Positions 47,944 to 61,300 of a DNA stretch of 64,000 nucleotides are shown here, piece by piece (positions within the stretch are counted from its first letter, which is position 1; every line of letters begins with the position of its first letter). Source of the DNA: Azolla caroliniana (lineage: Eukaryota > Plantae > Polypodiophyta); the NCBI GenBank assembly GCA_043228905.1, contig JBHGNT010000008.1, positions 15,872,001 to 15,936,000 of the forward strand, written 5' to 3'. Made by a program: the position numbers and the translations under genes. The notes below the pieces were generated by a model that made no database searches, was not told the DNA's origin, and saw nothing but the letters and a program-made list of their open reading frames with translations.

Positions 47944-50900
47944 TGTTGAGTGACAAGCTCAATATTGGGTGCGTAATATGGCACGTAACCCAATGCGTAA
48001 ACTAGACACGTAAGTTAGTACGCACAACCTAGCCGTAACGGTGCGTAAACCGAAAGGCCGTTAGAGAGATATTCCTCGTAAGGAATAATTTTGGGAGTGA
48101 GTGTCAAGGCTCATTTATGAGCAATCAAGTACTGTCAGTACTTGTGTCAGGCCGATTGTTAGGGCTTGTATAAAAGGTGCTCACTGAGCACGGTGTATGT
48201 ACAGAGAGTCATTATTTTGAATTTGAGTTTTTACGTTGTTAGCTCTCTCACTCTCTGTCTCTCCCTCTCCATCTCCATCTCTGCGTTTTTTGAGTTTACC
48301 GAACTATCTTAGTTACGAACTGTGTACTCTACGTTTACGCACACGCTTCCGCACAACGTATTCTTTTACATGGTATCAGAGAGCGAGGGTTGAAGTCCTC
48401 TGCAGCCGACAAGAAAAGCATGCGACAGAACAAAGTTGAAGTTGTTCTTCATTCTCTTTTGAAAAAGTAAAACACAGTAATATGGACAGAGGTATGGGAA
48501 GCTCGCTACCAACTGAAAAGCTCGACACGAGCAACTACGCATCTTGGTCGTACAAGATGCATCAATACCTGCTCGGTCATGGCTACTGGAGTTATGTCGA
48601 AGGAGCTAATGATGTAGCACCCGATTCGACACACAGAGATTTTTCGGCTTGGGAACAAGCGGCAAGCAGAGTTGTCTATTGCTTTGCATCCTGTGTGAGC
48701 GACCATCTATTGAGCTATATTCAGGATGCTAAGACGTCAAAGGACACGTGGGCGAATCTCAAAAAGCTCTTCGCCGCAAGCACTACAGCCACAAAACTTC
48801 AACTCAGGCAAGAGTTGAGCAATGTACGACAACGTGATATGTCGGTGGCTGACTACACCACCAAGATCAAAGAAATCTGTGACTCGCTCGCCTCTGTCAA
48901 CATGAACGTTGAGGAGGAAGAGATGGTGCAGGTTTGTCTTGGCGGGTTAGCGTCTAAGTTTGGAGCTTTCCGAATGGTGGTCTGCACGAGGGAGAATACG
49001 CCTTTGTTTTTCGAGTTTCAGTCAATGTTGCTCGTAGAAGAAAACCAGGCGGGTGCGTCGACGAGTGCACACGGCGATGGCAAGATGCTCTACACGGAGG
49101 ATGATAGGCCCCGTGGTCGTGGTGAACGAGCGGATCGGCGCGCAATGGAGACAGCGGAAAAGAGAAGAATGGACGGCATAATCGAGATGCCGGAAGCAAT
49201 TCCGAACCCTCTGGAAGCAGGGGGAGTCATGGCGGCGCTGGAAGACGGCAAGAGAAGGCCGCGTCGGAATGTTGGTACTATGGCAAGAAATGCCACAAGG
49301 AGAGCGAGTGTTGGAAGAAACAAGCTGATTTAGACAAGCGATTCGGCCATGTGAATTTCCCATGTCTTCGTGAAATGCAGACGAAGAACATTGATTTCGG
49401 CTTGCCGAAATTTTGTGGCCGGAATGGCCAAGTCTGCAAAGCCTGTCAGATGGGAAAACAACACCGACTTCCATTCCCCAATGAGCGTAATCGTAGTCGA
49501 AGTCCGCTGGATTTGATTCATATGGATGTGTGGGGTCCGGCATAGAACGTGAGTCTCAGTGGAAGCCGTTACTTTGTAACCTTCATCGATGACTTCACTC
49601 GGCACACGTGGGCATGCATGATTGAGAAGAAGAGTGAAGTCTTTGCATGTTTCCTGAAGGTGAAGAGCCTTGCGGAAAGGGAAACGGGGTGTAAGATCAA
49701 ATGCCTATGGTCCGATGGCAGGAAGGAGTACTTCTCCGACCAGTTCACAAGTTATCTATAGAAGGAGGGAATTCGACGCGAATTCTCGTGTAGATACACA
49801 CCATAGCAGAACGGCGTGGCCGAGCGGAAGAATCGGACAATCAAAGAAGCGACCAGGGCAATGCTTGAAGAGAAGCATATGCTGAAATTCTATTGGGCTA
49901 AAGCCGTGAAGACAGCAGCTGTCTACTTGCAGAATCGGACTTCTGCTAATGGAGGAGTGTCGCCACATGAGCTGTATTTCGGGAAGAAGCCGAACTTGGC
50001 ACACTTGAGGATTTTCGGTAGCATCGCGTATGTGCACGTGCCGAAGGGAAAAAAGAGGAAACTGGATGCTAAAGCTAAGAAATGTATCTTCGTCAGCTAT
50101 TCAGATGACCAGAAAGGCTATAAGTGTTATGACCCTCGAACAAAGGAAGTACGTGTAAGCTGTGACGTCGTGTTCGACGAGTCCGCTTTGTGGAACTTGC
50201 CTTCACCTTCAGTTCCTCAAGACTCCATTCTGATTTCTGAAGAAGAGATCAGCGAGGCTGAAATGCCACCGCATGATGAGGATGTCAGAGCTCTGAGAGA
50301 GAGTCCGATCTCATTTCAGCTAAGCAAGCCGAATGAAAGGTTGGGCCAAGATGGCCAACTAGATGATGAGACGGCAAGTAGTGGAGACTCAGTCGTGATG
50401 TCCCCGCGTAAAGAACCGAGGAGATGGTTTACGCGCACGGAGAAGGGCAAGAAGAAAATGCCAGAGTACGATTTCGGTAGCGCCGAGTCAGTTCGAAGCG
50501 AATCTGACATTGAACCGATCGTAAAGAAACCTCCGCGGTAGAGGTCAAACTCAGCCGAAAAGATTGTTAAATCGGGTGATCATGATTTACGCCGATCTAC
50601 TCACCAGAAGAACCCCGTAAAGAGATACGGGTATAATGAGTACATGGCGCACCTTTATGCGTACATGACGCGAGTGGCGGAAGTGCGTGCGTCGGAGACA
50701 AGGTTTCTCGTTTTTCGGAAAAGAAAAGACAAGAACATGGGCAGAGGAATGGGAAGCTCGCTTCCGACCGAAAATCTCGATAGGAGCAACTATGCATCTT
50801 TGTCGTACAAGATGCACCAGTACCGGCTCGGGTACGGTTACTAGAGTTACGTCGAAGGAGCTCATAGAGAGATTTCCCGGCCTCAGAACAGGCGGCAACT

Positions 50901-53400
50901 AGAGTTCTCTACTGCTTTGCATCTATGTGAGCGATCAGCTTTTGAGCTACATTTGGTATGCCAGGACGTCGAAGGATGCTTGGGGAAATCTGAAGAGGAT
51001 TTTCGCCGCGAGCACCACATCTAGAAAGCTTCATCTCAAACAGGAGTTGAGCAACATCCCACAAAGAGACATGTTGGTGGCTGATTATACCCTCAAGATC
51101 AAGGAGATCTACGACTCCCTCGCCTCCATCAATGTGAACATCGAGGAGGACGAAATGGTGCCAGTTTGTCTCGGAGGCTTGGCGTCGAAGTTTGGAGCAT
51201 TCCGAACGGCGGTCTGCATGAGGGAGAATACACCTTCAATTTTCGAGCTACAATCGATGTTGCTCGTAGAAGAAAACCACTCGGGTGCGTTGACGAGTAC
51301 ACACACCGACAACAAGATTTTGTACATGGAGGTGGATCAGCCATGTGGTCATGGTGGATGAGCTGGGTCAACACGTAATGGAAGCGGCCGACATGAGCAG
51401 AACTCAAGGCATAATCGAAATGTCGACAATAGTTTGAACCCTCCACGAATAGGGGGAGTCAAGGCGGCGTTGGGCCGTGACGGATTGTTGGTACTGTGAC
51501 CAGAAAGGCCACACAAAGAGCAAGTGCTGGAAAAAGCAAGTCGATTAGTGTCAAGCCGAATTGAGCTGAGGGGACGCAAATAGACGTCAAAGATTGCACT
51601 ACACCGAGGGCTCAGGAGGAGCCGAAAATGAAACGGGCCCAACCTTCATAATGAAGCACAAAGCCAACTAGATGGCGGTGAATACCTCAAGGTCGAACTA
51701 GGTGTGGTATCTGGATTCGAGCGCATCGAACCACATGATGAATCTCAAGGAGTGGTTCTCGACTCTGGAAAGGCCGTAGTAGTCGAGGGTCATCAAAACT
51801 GGCGATGACACCTCTCACCCCATCGAACAAATCGGCGATGTCCCTCTAAGCCATGTCAGTCAAAACGGAATCATGAGAAATGTCTTGCATGTGCTGACGA
51901 TTACCAAGAACTTGGTGTCGGTAGGACAAATTGTCGACGATTACCAGGGCATGCAAGTTCGATTTACTCATCTTGGATGTGTTGAGAAATCGTTGCGGAA
52001 TATAAATCACAATGAAGGAACTACACGTTGAAATACGAATTACAGAAAATACACCAGAAAGACAAGATAAATAGATGTACACAGAGATTTACGTGGAAAC
52101 CCTAAAACGGGGAAAAACCACGGGTGAACAGATTCTTCACTATACAAATAGTGGATATACCATACCGAGAGGAATACAACACTCTCTCACGAGTGCATCA
52201 GCCGCACATGGCTCCTGCTGTTACACACAAAGCTATGGCGTGGCTCACACTTCTTCTCTCTCACACTCTCTCTCGTTCTACAACTTCTATACACAACAAT
52301 CTCTGCACACGTTCACACATAAAGTTTTCCCTAGTTGTATATATACTTACACAACTTTCCAGCTATTTACATACGTAGCCCTCATGGGGCGCACACTTAG
52401 ACTATTTACAATTATAGTCTCCCGAGTTGGCTATATACACGTTTCTGGTTTCGGCCTCGGCCGAGTCCCTCATCAACTCGGCTCCTCTCTCTCCCCATCT
52501 GGAGAGACCTGTTTCCTAACATCATCATTATTATTATTATTATAGTAATAATAGTCGAATCTTCAAACAGTCAACTCATTGTTTTCGACTCTTCGATTGT
52601 CGGCTTTCCGAATAGTCGGATCTTCCCTGTCATCGATTGTCGGCTTTCTGATCAATTGGTTCTTCCTCCCAATGGAGGGACATATTCCCAACAGGATGCT
52701 TCATCGAAGAAGAAGGAAAGATCATCACTCAAGGGCACCGAGAAGGGAGGATGTTCATCCTCGAAACGAACGATGTCAGCACAGTTATGTTCGCCAAGGG
52801 GCGCCAATACCGCGACAATGAGGGAGCTGACAATGGCCTTGGAAGCTGACAAGCCGACCATAAGGGTCGAGGTGCATGGAACCAGACGAGTCAAGAAGCG
52901 TCAGCCTGAAGGGGTCGTGGGATGCAAGGCCGGACTGGACGAGGAGCGTGAGCGAGGTGTCAGGACGCTAGGAGAGGAGACTGGAGTGACGAACCAGTCA
53001 GAGCTAACATGGCGGGACCTCAAGTTGAGCTTGAGGGCGAGTGTTGAGAGACAAGCTCAACATGAGCCGAATTGGAAATAGGAATATATTCGAAAAGGCC
53101 GTTGAGGACCTATATTCCTATTATAGTAAATAGGAATATTGTAGGCAGAATTAGTGGCAAGCTCATTTATGAGCATTCAAGTATTGATTGTATTTGTGTC
53201 AGCCCACTCGTCAGGGCTTGTATAAAAAGTGCTCATTGAGCACGATGTGTGTACAAAGTGTTCATTATTCAAAAATAGAAGTGTTATTGTCTGCTCTCTT
53301 AGTCTCTCTCTCTCTCTCATCATTCTCTGTGGTTTACTAACTGTCGAGTTTCCGAAACCGACTGTGTACTTGGTGTCTATCGCACACGTATTCTTTTTCA
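47944..53400 (+). mobile_element. Chimeric Ty1/Copia (family A): 5' LTR 47944-48370, PBS, gag-INT, second gag-PR, 3' LTR 53042-53400; no RT
   Basis: PBS TGGTATCAGAG at 48371; flanks GTTAT/GTAAT. gag 48482-49320, integrase 49330-50540, second gag from ~50738, protease WYLDSSASNHM at ~51705. Confidence 0.85.
51980..52521 (-). mobile_element. Solo-LTR-like insertion related to Copia family D
   Basis: rc starts TGTTAGGAAACAGG (identical to 58165), shares a GGGTTTCCACGT-like motif and ends CAACA. No clean TSD. Confidence 0.65.
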
Positions 53401-53469
53401 GTAATTAGCTATGGCTACTAGTTCATGTAGCTAATTAGCTATCAATGATGTATTTTTCTTCCTATCTAG

Positions 53470-54220
53470 TGAGTTGTGGCTATAGTAATGTAAGTATCTT
53501 ATTGATGGTAGATTGAAGCTCTCGTAGTGATTCCTGAAGGATTTCATTTTCTAGTTGAGCTTGTTGCAAGACTTTCATTACTTGGTTTAGGTTGTCGACG
53601 GAGTCAGAAATGGTAGTAAGAGGAGGAGAAGGTGAACAAACTGTCACGGACGAGTATAATAGAATTAAATAGTTGTGGCTAATAACTAATGTCATAGACA
53701 TATGCCACACCACATCGCTACCAACTAAGCTATACATCCATCTATGCATCTTTATATAAAATCCAACCTCATGTATTGTAGATTGAACATTGGAAGTTTC
53801 CTAGCTTGCATACATCCTCATGCATTCTCTATTCGTAACTTGCATACATCCTCATGCATTCTCTATTCCTAGCTTGCATACATCCTCGTGCATTCTCTAT
53901 TCCTAGCTTGCTTGCATCCTCATGTATTCTCTATTTCTAGTTGGCATACATACCTCTACCTTCTTGTATAAATACTCAGGTGCACCTTGATTCTAATCAA
54001 GGTTAACAAAACCAGTTACGAAATCATAAGTTGAGTTCTTGTTCTTTTCCTCTCTCTTAGTTCTTAGTCTCGTTTTCGTTCTGCTCTATTATACTCGTCC
54101 GTGATAGTTTGTTCACCATCTCCTCTTCTTGCTACCATGTCTGACTCCATCAACAACCTAAACCAAGTAATGGCAGCCTTGCAACAACTTCAACTAGAAA
54201 ATGAAATCCTTCGGGAATCA
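53470..54220. mobile_element. Two divergently oriented LTR-end + gag-start fragments (probably Gypsy); LTR 53690-54106 with a 34-bp tandem repeat (53801-53950)
   Basis: Arms 53528-53663 and 54085-54220 are inverted repeats encoding SDS.xNLNQVM..LQQ.QLENEIL.ES. Repeat unit CTAGCTTGCATACATCCTCATGCATTCTCTATTC, ~4.5 copies. Confidence 0.7.
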
Positions 54221-54517
54221 AGGGTAAACTAAGTGTCGACACACATTCCCTTGATCTAATATTTGGCCAGCCCATCCAAGTTCAACCAAATCACTCTCAG
54301 TGCATCTAATCAACATCGACTTCTGCATATTTATATGTAATCTTGACGCCAATGTAAACACATTCCACACCTCCATGGCTTTAGCTATATTATCAGGTGC
54401 TGCTTTGAGAAATAAAAACGAATCATCTGACAATGCTTGGGCAATCAATTGTTTCCCTGATGGTAGAGGTAATCCAACTATTTCCCCACATGTTTCCAAC
54501 TCATGCATCTTCACCAA
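54221..54517 (-). mobile_element. L1/LINE reverse-transcriptase fragment
   Basis: QLIAQALSDDSFLFL (FADD-like) ... SRLHINMQKS ... HLVYP (YLG-like). Confidence 0.7.
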
Positions 54518-57500
54518 TTGTGTGTTCTCTCTCTCTCTCTCTCCTCATGTGTCTTTGTGTATTCCCACTCTAACCCTAACCCATTGTAGAGATTTCAACA
54601 TGGGGGAGAATACAAGAGCAAGGGGCTCATAAATCCTCAAAAGTATGGTAGATATCTTAGGTGTATGTTAATACTTCAATAAAAATTATCAATTTTGTTT
54701 TCATTCATGATATATTATGTGGTGTATTAAGTAAAGTTAATCAAATCTAACATAAAAGTCCTACTAGGTTAACACTTTATAATAAACAGAAAGAATAATA
54801 TTATGTTTAATGATGTGTTGTGATCCATTCATGGAGCCTATGTAATCTATCTTCAAGTTCTCAAGTTCTCAAGTTCTAACTCGTCGTCTTTACAAGCCAT
54901 CTTTTACTCCTCAAGATAGAGGCATGATGTTTCTCCATGTACAAACGTCAAGTCATGAAAAACGTGCAAATTCATTTGAAGCTGAAACCCACTAGAGCTA
55001 GCCCTAATACCACAAGCATAGTCCTAAGTAATAACATTCATAACAAGGTCTATACATGTAAAATTGATGAGACAAGGTCATAAGTCATATGGCAAGTATC
55101 CTACCACTCTACAAAATCTTCGGGGTGGTTTGATGGAAACATTTTTTTTTGGTTTCCCACGTCATCAAGGGTTGTGTTGCAAAATCGTAGGTGAATATAG
55201 AACACATAAGATAAAAACTCCCTCATGGGGTGATGGATTCTCGAGCATTGCAAACCAAGTCCAATGGGTACATCCCACAGGAGGGTAGGATCCATAAGTG
55301 TATCTTACAGAGAACACTCGTCTTCATGTCCTATCTTGAATGCAACACCACTCCTACAATCAAAATCACAAAACCAGTGTACCTTTAAACTAGGTCATTT
55401 GCATATGAGGCTACATTTGTGAATATCTCGAAGCTACGTATGCATATATTTTAAAGTCCATTTTTGGTTTTGTTTTTCTCTCTAAGAAAATCCAATGATG
55501 CATATTGAGCCTTAGTTTGGACCTCTCCTCTTTCTCTAATCCCTCTTCTTTCCTACTTATAAAATCCCTCACACTAATTCATATAAATCTGTGGGTGCTC
55601 AATGTATTGCCATTTCCCTCTCTCTTTTCTCTCCCTTTCCTTCCTTCTTGTTCCTTGGTCCTTCTCCTTCTTCTCTTGTTGCTCCTCGGCGAGCAACCGA
55701 TTGTTCGCCAATCTCCTCTCTTTCAGCCAAAGGCAAAATCATTCTCATAGATATTTTTATTCTTAAGATAATTATTTTAATATGTAATGGTGTTGAGAGA
55801 TCAAGCTCAACTTAGAGTAGTTAGTTAGTCAACCATGTAACTTCGTAGTTACCTAGATAGAATCTAGTTAGAAGTGTTGACTATAACTCCTTAATATACA
55901 TATAGGACCTTGTACTTAAGTGGGATATTCTAGATCCTCCACTCCCAAGTACATTTAATATAGGACTTACACTTTTGTACCTATATTCTACTCACACATG
56001 TGCACCTTTGCACATGAGATGTATATATACCTCATTGTGGGTATTTTTGTATTTAATGATGATAATGCTAATTTAACATAGCTACTCATCCCCCATCTTA
56101 TATTGTTCATAAGTGTATCTCTCTCTCTCTCTTCCTCTCACACACATACACACACATATCACATAATCTTCTGCTTAACTTAATCATATAATTAGGTACT
56201 AATTAGCCCTTGCTTAATTAATTACCTAATTATTAACATGGTATCAGAGTGTGTGGTTTAGCACATTCACTAAGCCCATCTGCCTTTTCATAATTGTGTG
56301 TTCGAAACGCCAATGACAAATTCTAGTTATCCGCTACATAGCATGTGTACATGATCAAGGAAGAAAAGCAAAAGAAGAGAAGACACTAATCAACATGAAC
56401 ACACAAATGGGTAGCTCTCTCCCTAGTGAAAAGCTAGACTAGAGCAATTATTCATCTTGGGAGTACAAGATGAACCAATTCCTTGTCAGCCAAGGGTATT
56501 GGAACTACATCAACGGCACTCAAGAAAATCAACCCGACCCAAAGAACGCCAATTACGCAACATGGGAGCAAGCGGCGAGTCGAGTCATGTATTTCTTGGA
56601 AACATGTGTCCACGACCACATGCCTAGCCACATTCAAGACGCCAAGACGCCCAAAGAGGCGTGGGAGAACTTAAAGAAAATGTTCGCCGCCAACCCGATC
56701 GCCCAAAAGCTTCAACAAGAGTTTAACAACATTCAGCAAAAAGACATGTTTGTGTCGGACTACACCACCAAGATCAAGAGCATTTGCGACTCTCTTGGCT
56801 CCATCAAAATAAACGTACACGAAGACGAGATGGTTCAAGTATGCTTGGGCGGCCTCGCACAACGATTCGACTCATTGAGGACGGCAATCTTGGCGAGGGA
56901 AAACCCTTCTTCGTTCTTCGACCTCCAATCAATGTTATTGGTCGAAGAGAACCACGTCCAAACCAAAACGAAGACATCGAAAGGACAAATGTTCTTTTCA
57001 AATTCGGATGGTGGCCAAGGACGAGTTCACGGCGTTAGAAGAGGTCAATTCGACCCATCACACGAAGGGAACTCAAACCTTCAAGGAAGTCATCGAGGAA
57101 CCTTCGGAAGAAGGGGAAGCTTTCACGCCAAACATGGTCGGCAAATGAGGCTTGCAACTTGCAATTATTGCGACAAAATCGGCCACTACGAGGCGGAGTG
57201 TCAGAAAAAGAGAAGTGAGTTAGCTTCAACAAGTCGACAACTCACAAACTACGCCACTAACTCTGAATACGACGACTACGGCGGACTATTCGTAATGAGG
57301 CATAGAGTGAACTCTATGAAGGCCTCCGACTCCGCGAGCACCTCCAATTCGGAAGACGTGTGGTTAGTCGATTCCGGCGCCTCACATCACATGACATCCC
57401 ACAAAGAGTGGTTCAATGACTTGCATACACCGGATCGACCCGGCTAAATAGAGACAAGAGACAACATCACGCATCCCATTCGGCACACCGGCAACGTTCC

Positions 57501-58183
57501 ATTTGGCAATGATGGCAAGAACAATTGCATCAACAATGCCTTGCATTTGCCCACGATAATGAAGAATTTGGTCTCGGTAGGCCAAATCGTGAAGCAAGGT
57601 GTGCAAGTCCGCTTCAACAACGAAGGATGCTTCATTGAGGAAGATGGCCGACTCATAGCCAAGGGACAGAGAGACAGTCCCATGTTTATCCTCGATTCGA
57701 ACGAGGTGAAATCGGCCATGTATGCCAAAGGTCTCAAAACCGAGACAAGCATCGAGTTGTGGCACAAGAGAATCGGCCACATAAACCTCCAACGGCTCCC
57801 AGCTATGCAATCAAAGGGAGTCGTCATCGGGCTTCCGACATTCGAGTCGAAACGAGTTGACCAAGTGTGCGAAGCATGCCAACTCGGCAAACAACATCGA
57901 CCCTCATTCCCTAAGGAGAGCTATGCAAGCAAAGGCATCCTCGACGTCATACACTCGGATGTATGGGGACCGGCTCAAACGCCGACGATCAGCGGATGTC
58001 AATACTACGTAACCTTCATCGACGACTACTCGCGCTACATGTCGATCTACCCGATGAAGAAGAAAAGCGAAGTGCTCTCCCACTTCCAAAAGCTCAAGGG
58101 CCAAGTCAAAAAAGAAATTGGTCGGCACATTCCATGCCTACGATTGGATGGAGGCAAGGAGTATTGTTAGGAAACAGGTCCCT

Positions 58184-58380
58184 CCGGATGGTGAAGACCC
58201 GGTGAGAACCGGATGAAGAGTACCCGGCTACGGAGAGCCGGATGGTGCAGACCCGGTGAGAACCGGATGAAGAGTACCCGGCTACGAAGAGCCGGATGGT
58301 GCAGACCCGGTGAGAACCGGATGACGAGTACCCGGCAAGCGCCGGATGATGCAGGCCCGGTGAGGAGTGCTCACCGGATG
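58184..58380 (+). repeat. 54-bp CCGG-rich tandem repeat in the Copia D 5' LTR (~3 units)
   Basis: CCGGATGGTG(A/C)AGACCCGGTGAGAACCGGATGAAGAGTACCCGGCTACG(G/A)AGAG at 58184, 58238 and (partial) 58292. Confidence 0.92.
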
Positions 58381-61300
58381 AAGAGACATATTCGTAAATA
58401 TGTTTCTGAGAGTCCATCGTGGCTATATTTGTAAAGAGCCGAAAAGTCATATTAGTATAAATATGACTTAGGGCAAACTTTAGTTATGTGAGTTGTTGTC
58501 ATTCTAGTTGGAAAAAGACTAGAGAGCGCGTAATAGTGTACAAAGAGAGAGAGAGAGAGAGAGGAAGAGGTTGTTGCCTCTGTTGTAACCACCGCCTGTG
58601 GCGAAGATCGTGAGCACGAGGTCGTTGCCTCTGTGAACTCACTGTTGTAATCATTGTGATATAGTGATAGTTTGGATTTTGTGGACTCCCCTGGTTTTTT
58701 TTTCCCCTCTCAGGGTTTTCCACGTTAAACATCTTGTGTACTCTTCTCTCCTTTGTGTTGTGTGTTCATTCCCCGTTTTCTGTGTTTGATTCTAAGCTCG
58801 GTTGTGGCCGAGCGTTACGCAGGGAGTGTGTGGTTCCTGTCAGATTGGTATCAGAGCAAAGCAACACAGAAAATGGACGATTCATTGGGAGGCATGTTCA
58901 AGCTCACTGACTCCAACTATTCGGTGTGGAAGTCGAAGATGAGGGACATGCTCGTGGTTAAAGATCTTTGGTTGCCGGTTCAGTTTGGGGACAAGAGACC
59001 GGACAAAATCGACGCCACGATATGGGAGGTGATGCACATGAAGACAACGGTGTACATACGTTGCTTCATCGACATGAGCCTATACAAAAACTTCAATGAA
59101 GAGAGCAAGGCTCATGAGTTCTGGGAGAAGATCGACATTATGTTTCAAAACAAAAATATTGTTAATCAGGTTTCGGTATTTTGGAAGCTAGTAAGACTCC
59201 GGTACCAAGATGGCTCCAGCATGGCGGAGCACATGAATGCCTTCCAGGGGTTGATCCACCAGGCAACTTCATTGGAAGTACCTCTCTCCGATGAGGTACT
59301 AGCGCTACTCCTGCTCGGTTCCCTCCTAGATAGCTGGGAGACGTTGGTTGTCACTTTGGGCAACGCCGGGCCGGAAGGGAAACGGTTATCCCTAGCAAGA
59401 GTGAAGTCGAGCTTACTAGATGAGGAGGCACATCGGAAAGATAAGGATACGAGCTCCGACTCCAAAGCGCTCCTTACCGAATCGAAACGCGGAAGACATA
59501 GAAACCGTAGTCCCCAAAACCGGGAAAAGTCAGGGACACGGTCAAAGTCAAGGGGGAGGCCTACTTGCTTCTATTGCGGTAAGCCGGGACACTTCCAGAA
59601 GAACTATCGGAATTTCCGTAAAGACAAGGAAACCGACGGTACTGATTCGAAGAGGACACCAGACCGGAACGATAAAGACCGGAGGGGAACAGACCGGAAG
59701 GGAACGACGGCAATCGCGGCAAGTGAAGAAGAGTTGATGCTCATCACCGAGGAAAGTGAGCTAAACCTTGCCAGCGACAAGATGACCTGGGTGGTCGACT
59801 CCGGAGTGTCGTTCCACCTTACCCCAGACCGGAAATGCTTCTCATCCTACTCAGTCGTTGATCACGGCTGTGTCCGGATGGGGAATGAAGGTACATGCCG
59901 AATCGTTGGCATAGGAGACATGTGGTTGTCAACACCAATCGGATGCAAGATGCTGTTGAAGGATGTCCGACACGTTCCGGAGGTTCGTCTGAACCTGATA
60001 TCGGTCGGTCGGCTAGATGATGAAGGCTACATGGGTAGCATCCGGAACAGTGTTATGAAGTTTAGGAAAGGGAGCCTGATTGTGGCTCGGGCCCGGAAAG
60101 TAAACACGTTGTACCTGATGAATGCCCGGTTATGTCCGGAGGAAGTGAACGTGGCATCCGACACTACCGGTGAGTTGTGGCACAAAAGGTTGTGTCACAT
60201 GAGCGAGAAGGGGATGAAGAGGCTTGCAGACGACAACCTCATTCCAGTGAAGAACGTGCACTTGGAGAAGTGCACTGATTGTTTGGCCGGAAAGCAAAAC
60301 CGGACCTCCTTCCGATCGAGGCCGCTGATGAGACATAATGCACCAATAGAGTTGGTGCATACTTATATGTGTCAAGTGGACACGAAGTCACATGTAGGAT
60401 CGCAGTACTTCGTGAAGTTCATAGATGACCACAGCCGGAAGCTGTGGGCCACACCGTTGAAGACGAAGGATCAGGTGCTATCCGTCTTCAAAGAGCTCCA
60501 CGCGAGAGTGGAAAGAGAAACCGGCTGGAAGCTGAAGGCGGTTCGAGTAGATAACGAAGGAGAATACCGGGGGCAATTCGAGGAGTACTGTCGCTCGAAG
60601 GGAATCCGGCTCGAATTTACCATGCCAAAGACGCCAAAACTAAACGGGTTGGCCGAGAGGATGAACCGAACCATAATGGAGAGGGTCCGGAGTATGCTGG
60701 CGCATGCAAAACTACCCAAGAAGTTTTGGGTTGAGGCACTGTCGACAACGACATATGTGATAAACAGATCACCCTCATTACCCTTGGATGGAGACACGCC
60801 ACAGAGAGTCTGGACCGGTAAGGAAGTGTCCTACCGGCATCTGAAGGTATTCGGGTGTCTTGCGTATGTGCATGTAGCTAAGGACCGGAGAGGAAAACTA
60901 GATCCGAAGACCCGGCCATGCATATTCCTCGGTTACGGCGACGATGAGTTCGGCTACCGAGTGTGGGACCTGGTCGACAAGAAGGCATTCCGGAGTCGAG
61001 ATATTATCTTCATGGAGGACAGGACGCTCGCCGACTGGGAGTCGGAGAAGAAGATAATGAACTCTGAGTCGACCGGTAAGGATCGATTCTACGATGAGTA
61101 GACCCAGCCGGCAAGAGAGCGGTTAACACTCGAGGAACCAGCCGGTTACGGTGAGGATACCGAACCAGCAGAAGAAGAAGTAGAGGAAGCTGAAACCGGA
61201 ACCGGCCAAGACCCCGAATCGGATTCGGATGAAGAGCAAATGGAGGAGCTGGTTACCGAAGCCCAGAGACGAAGATATCCTCTCAGAGAGAGAAGGCCCC

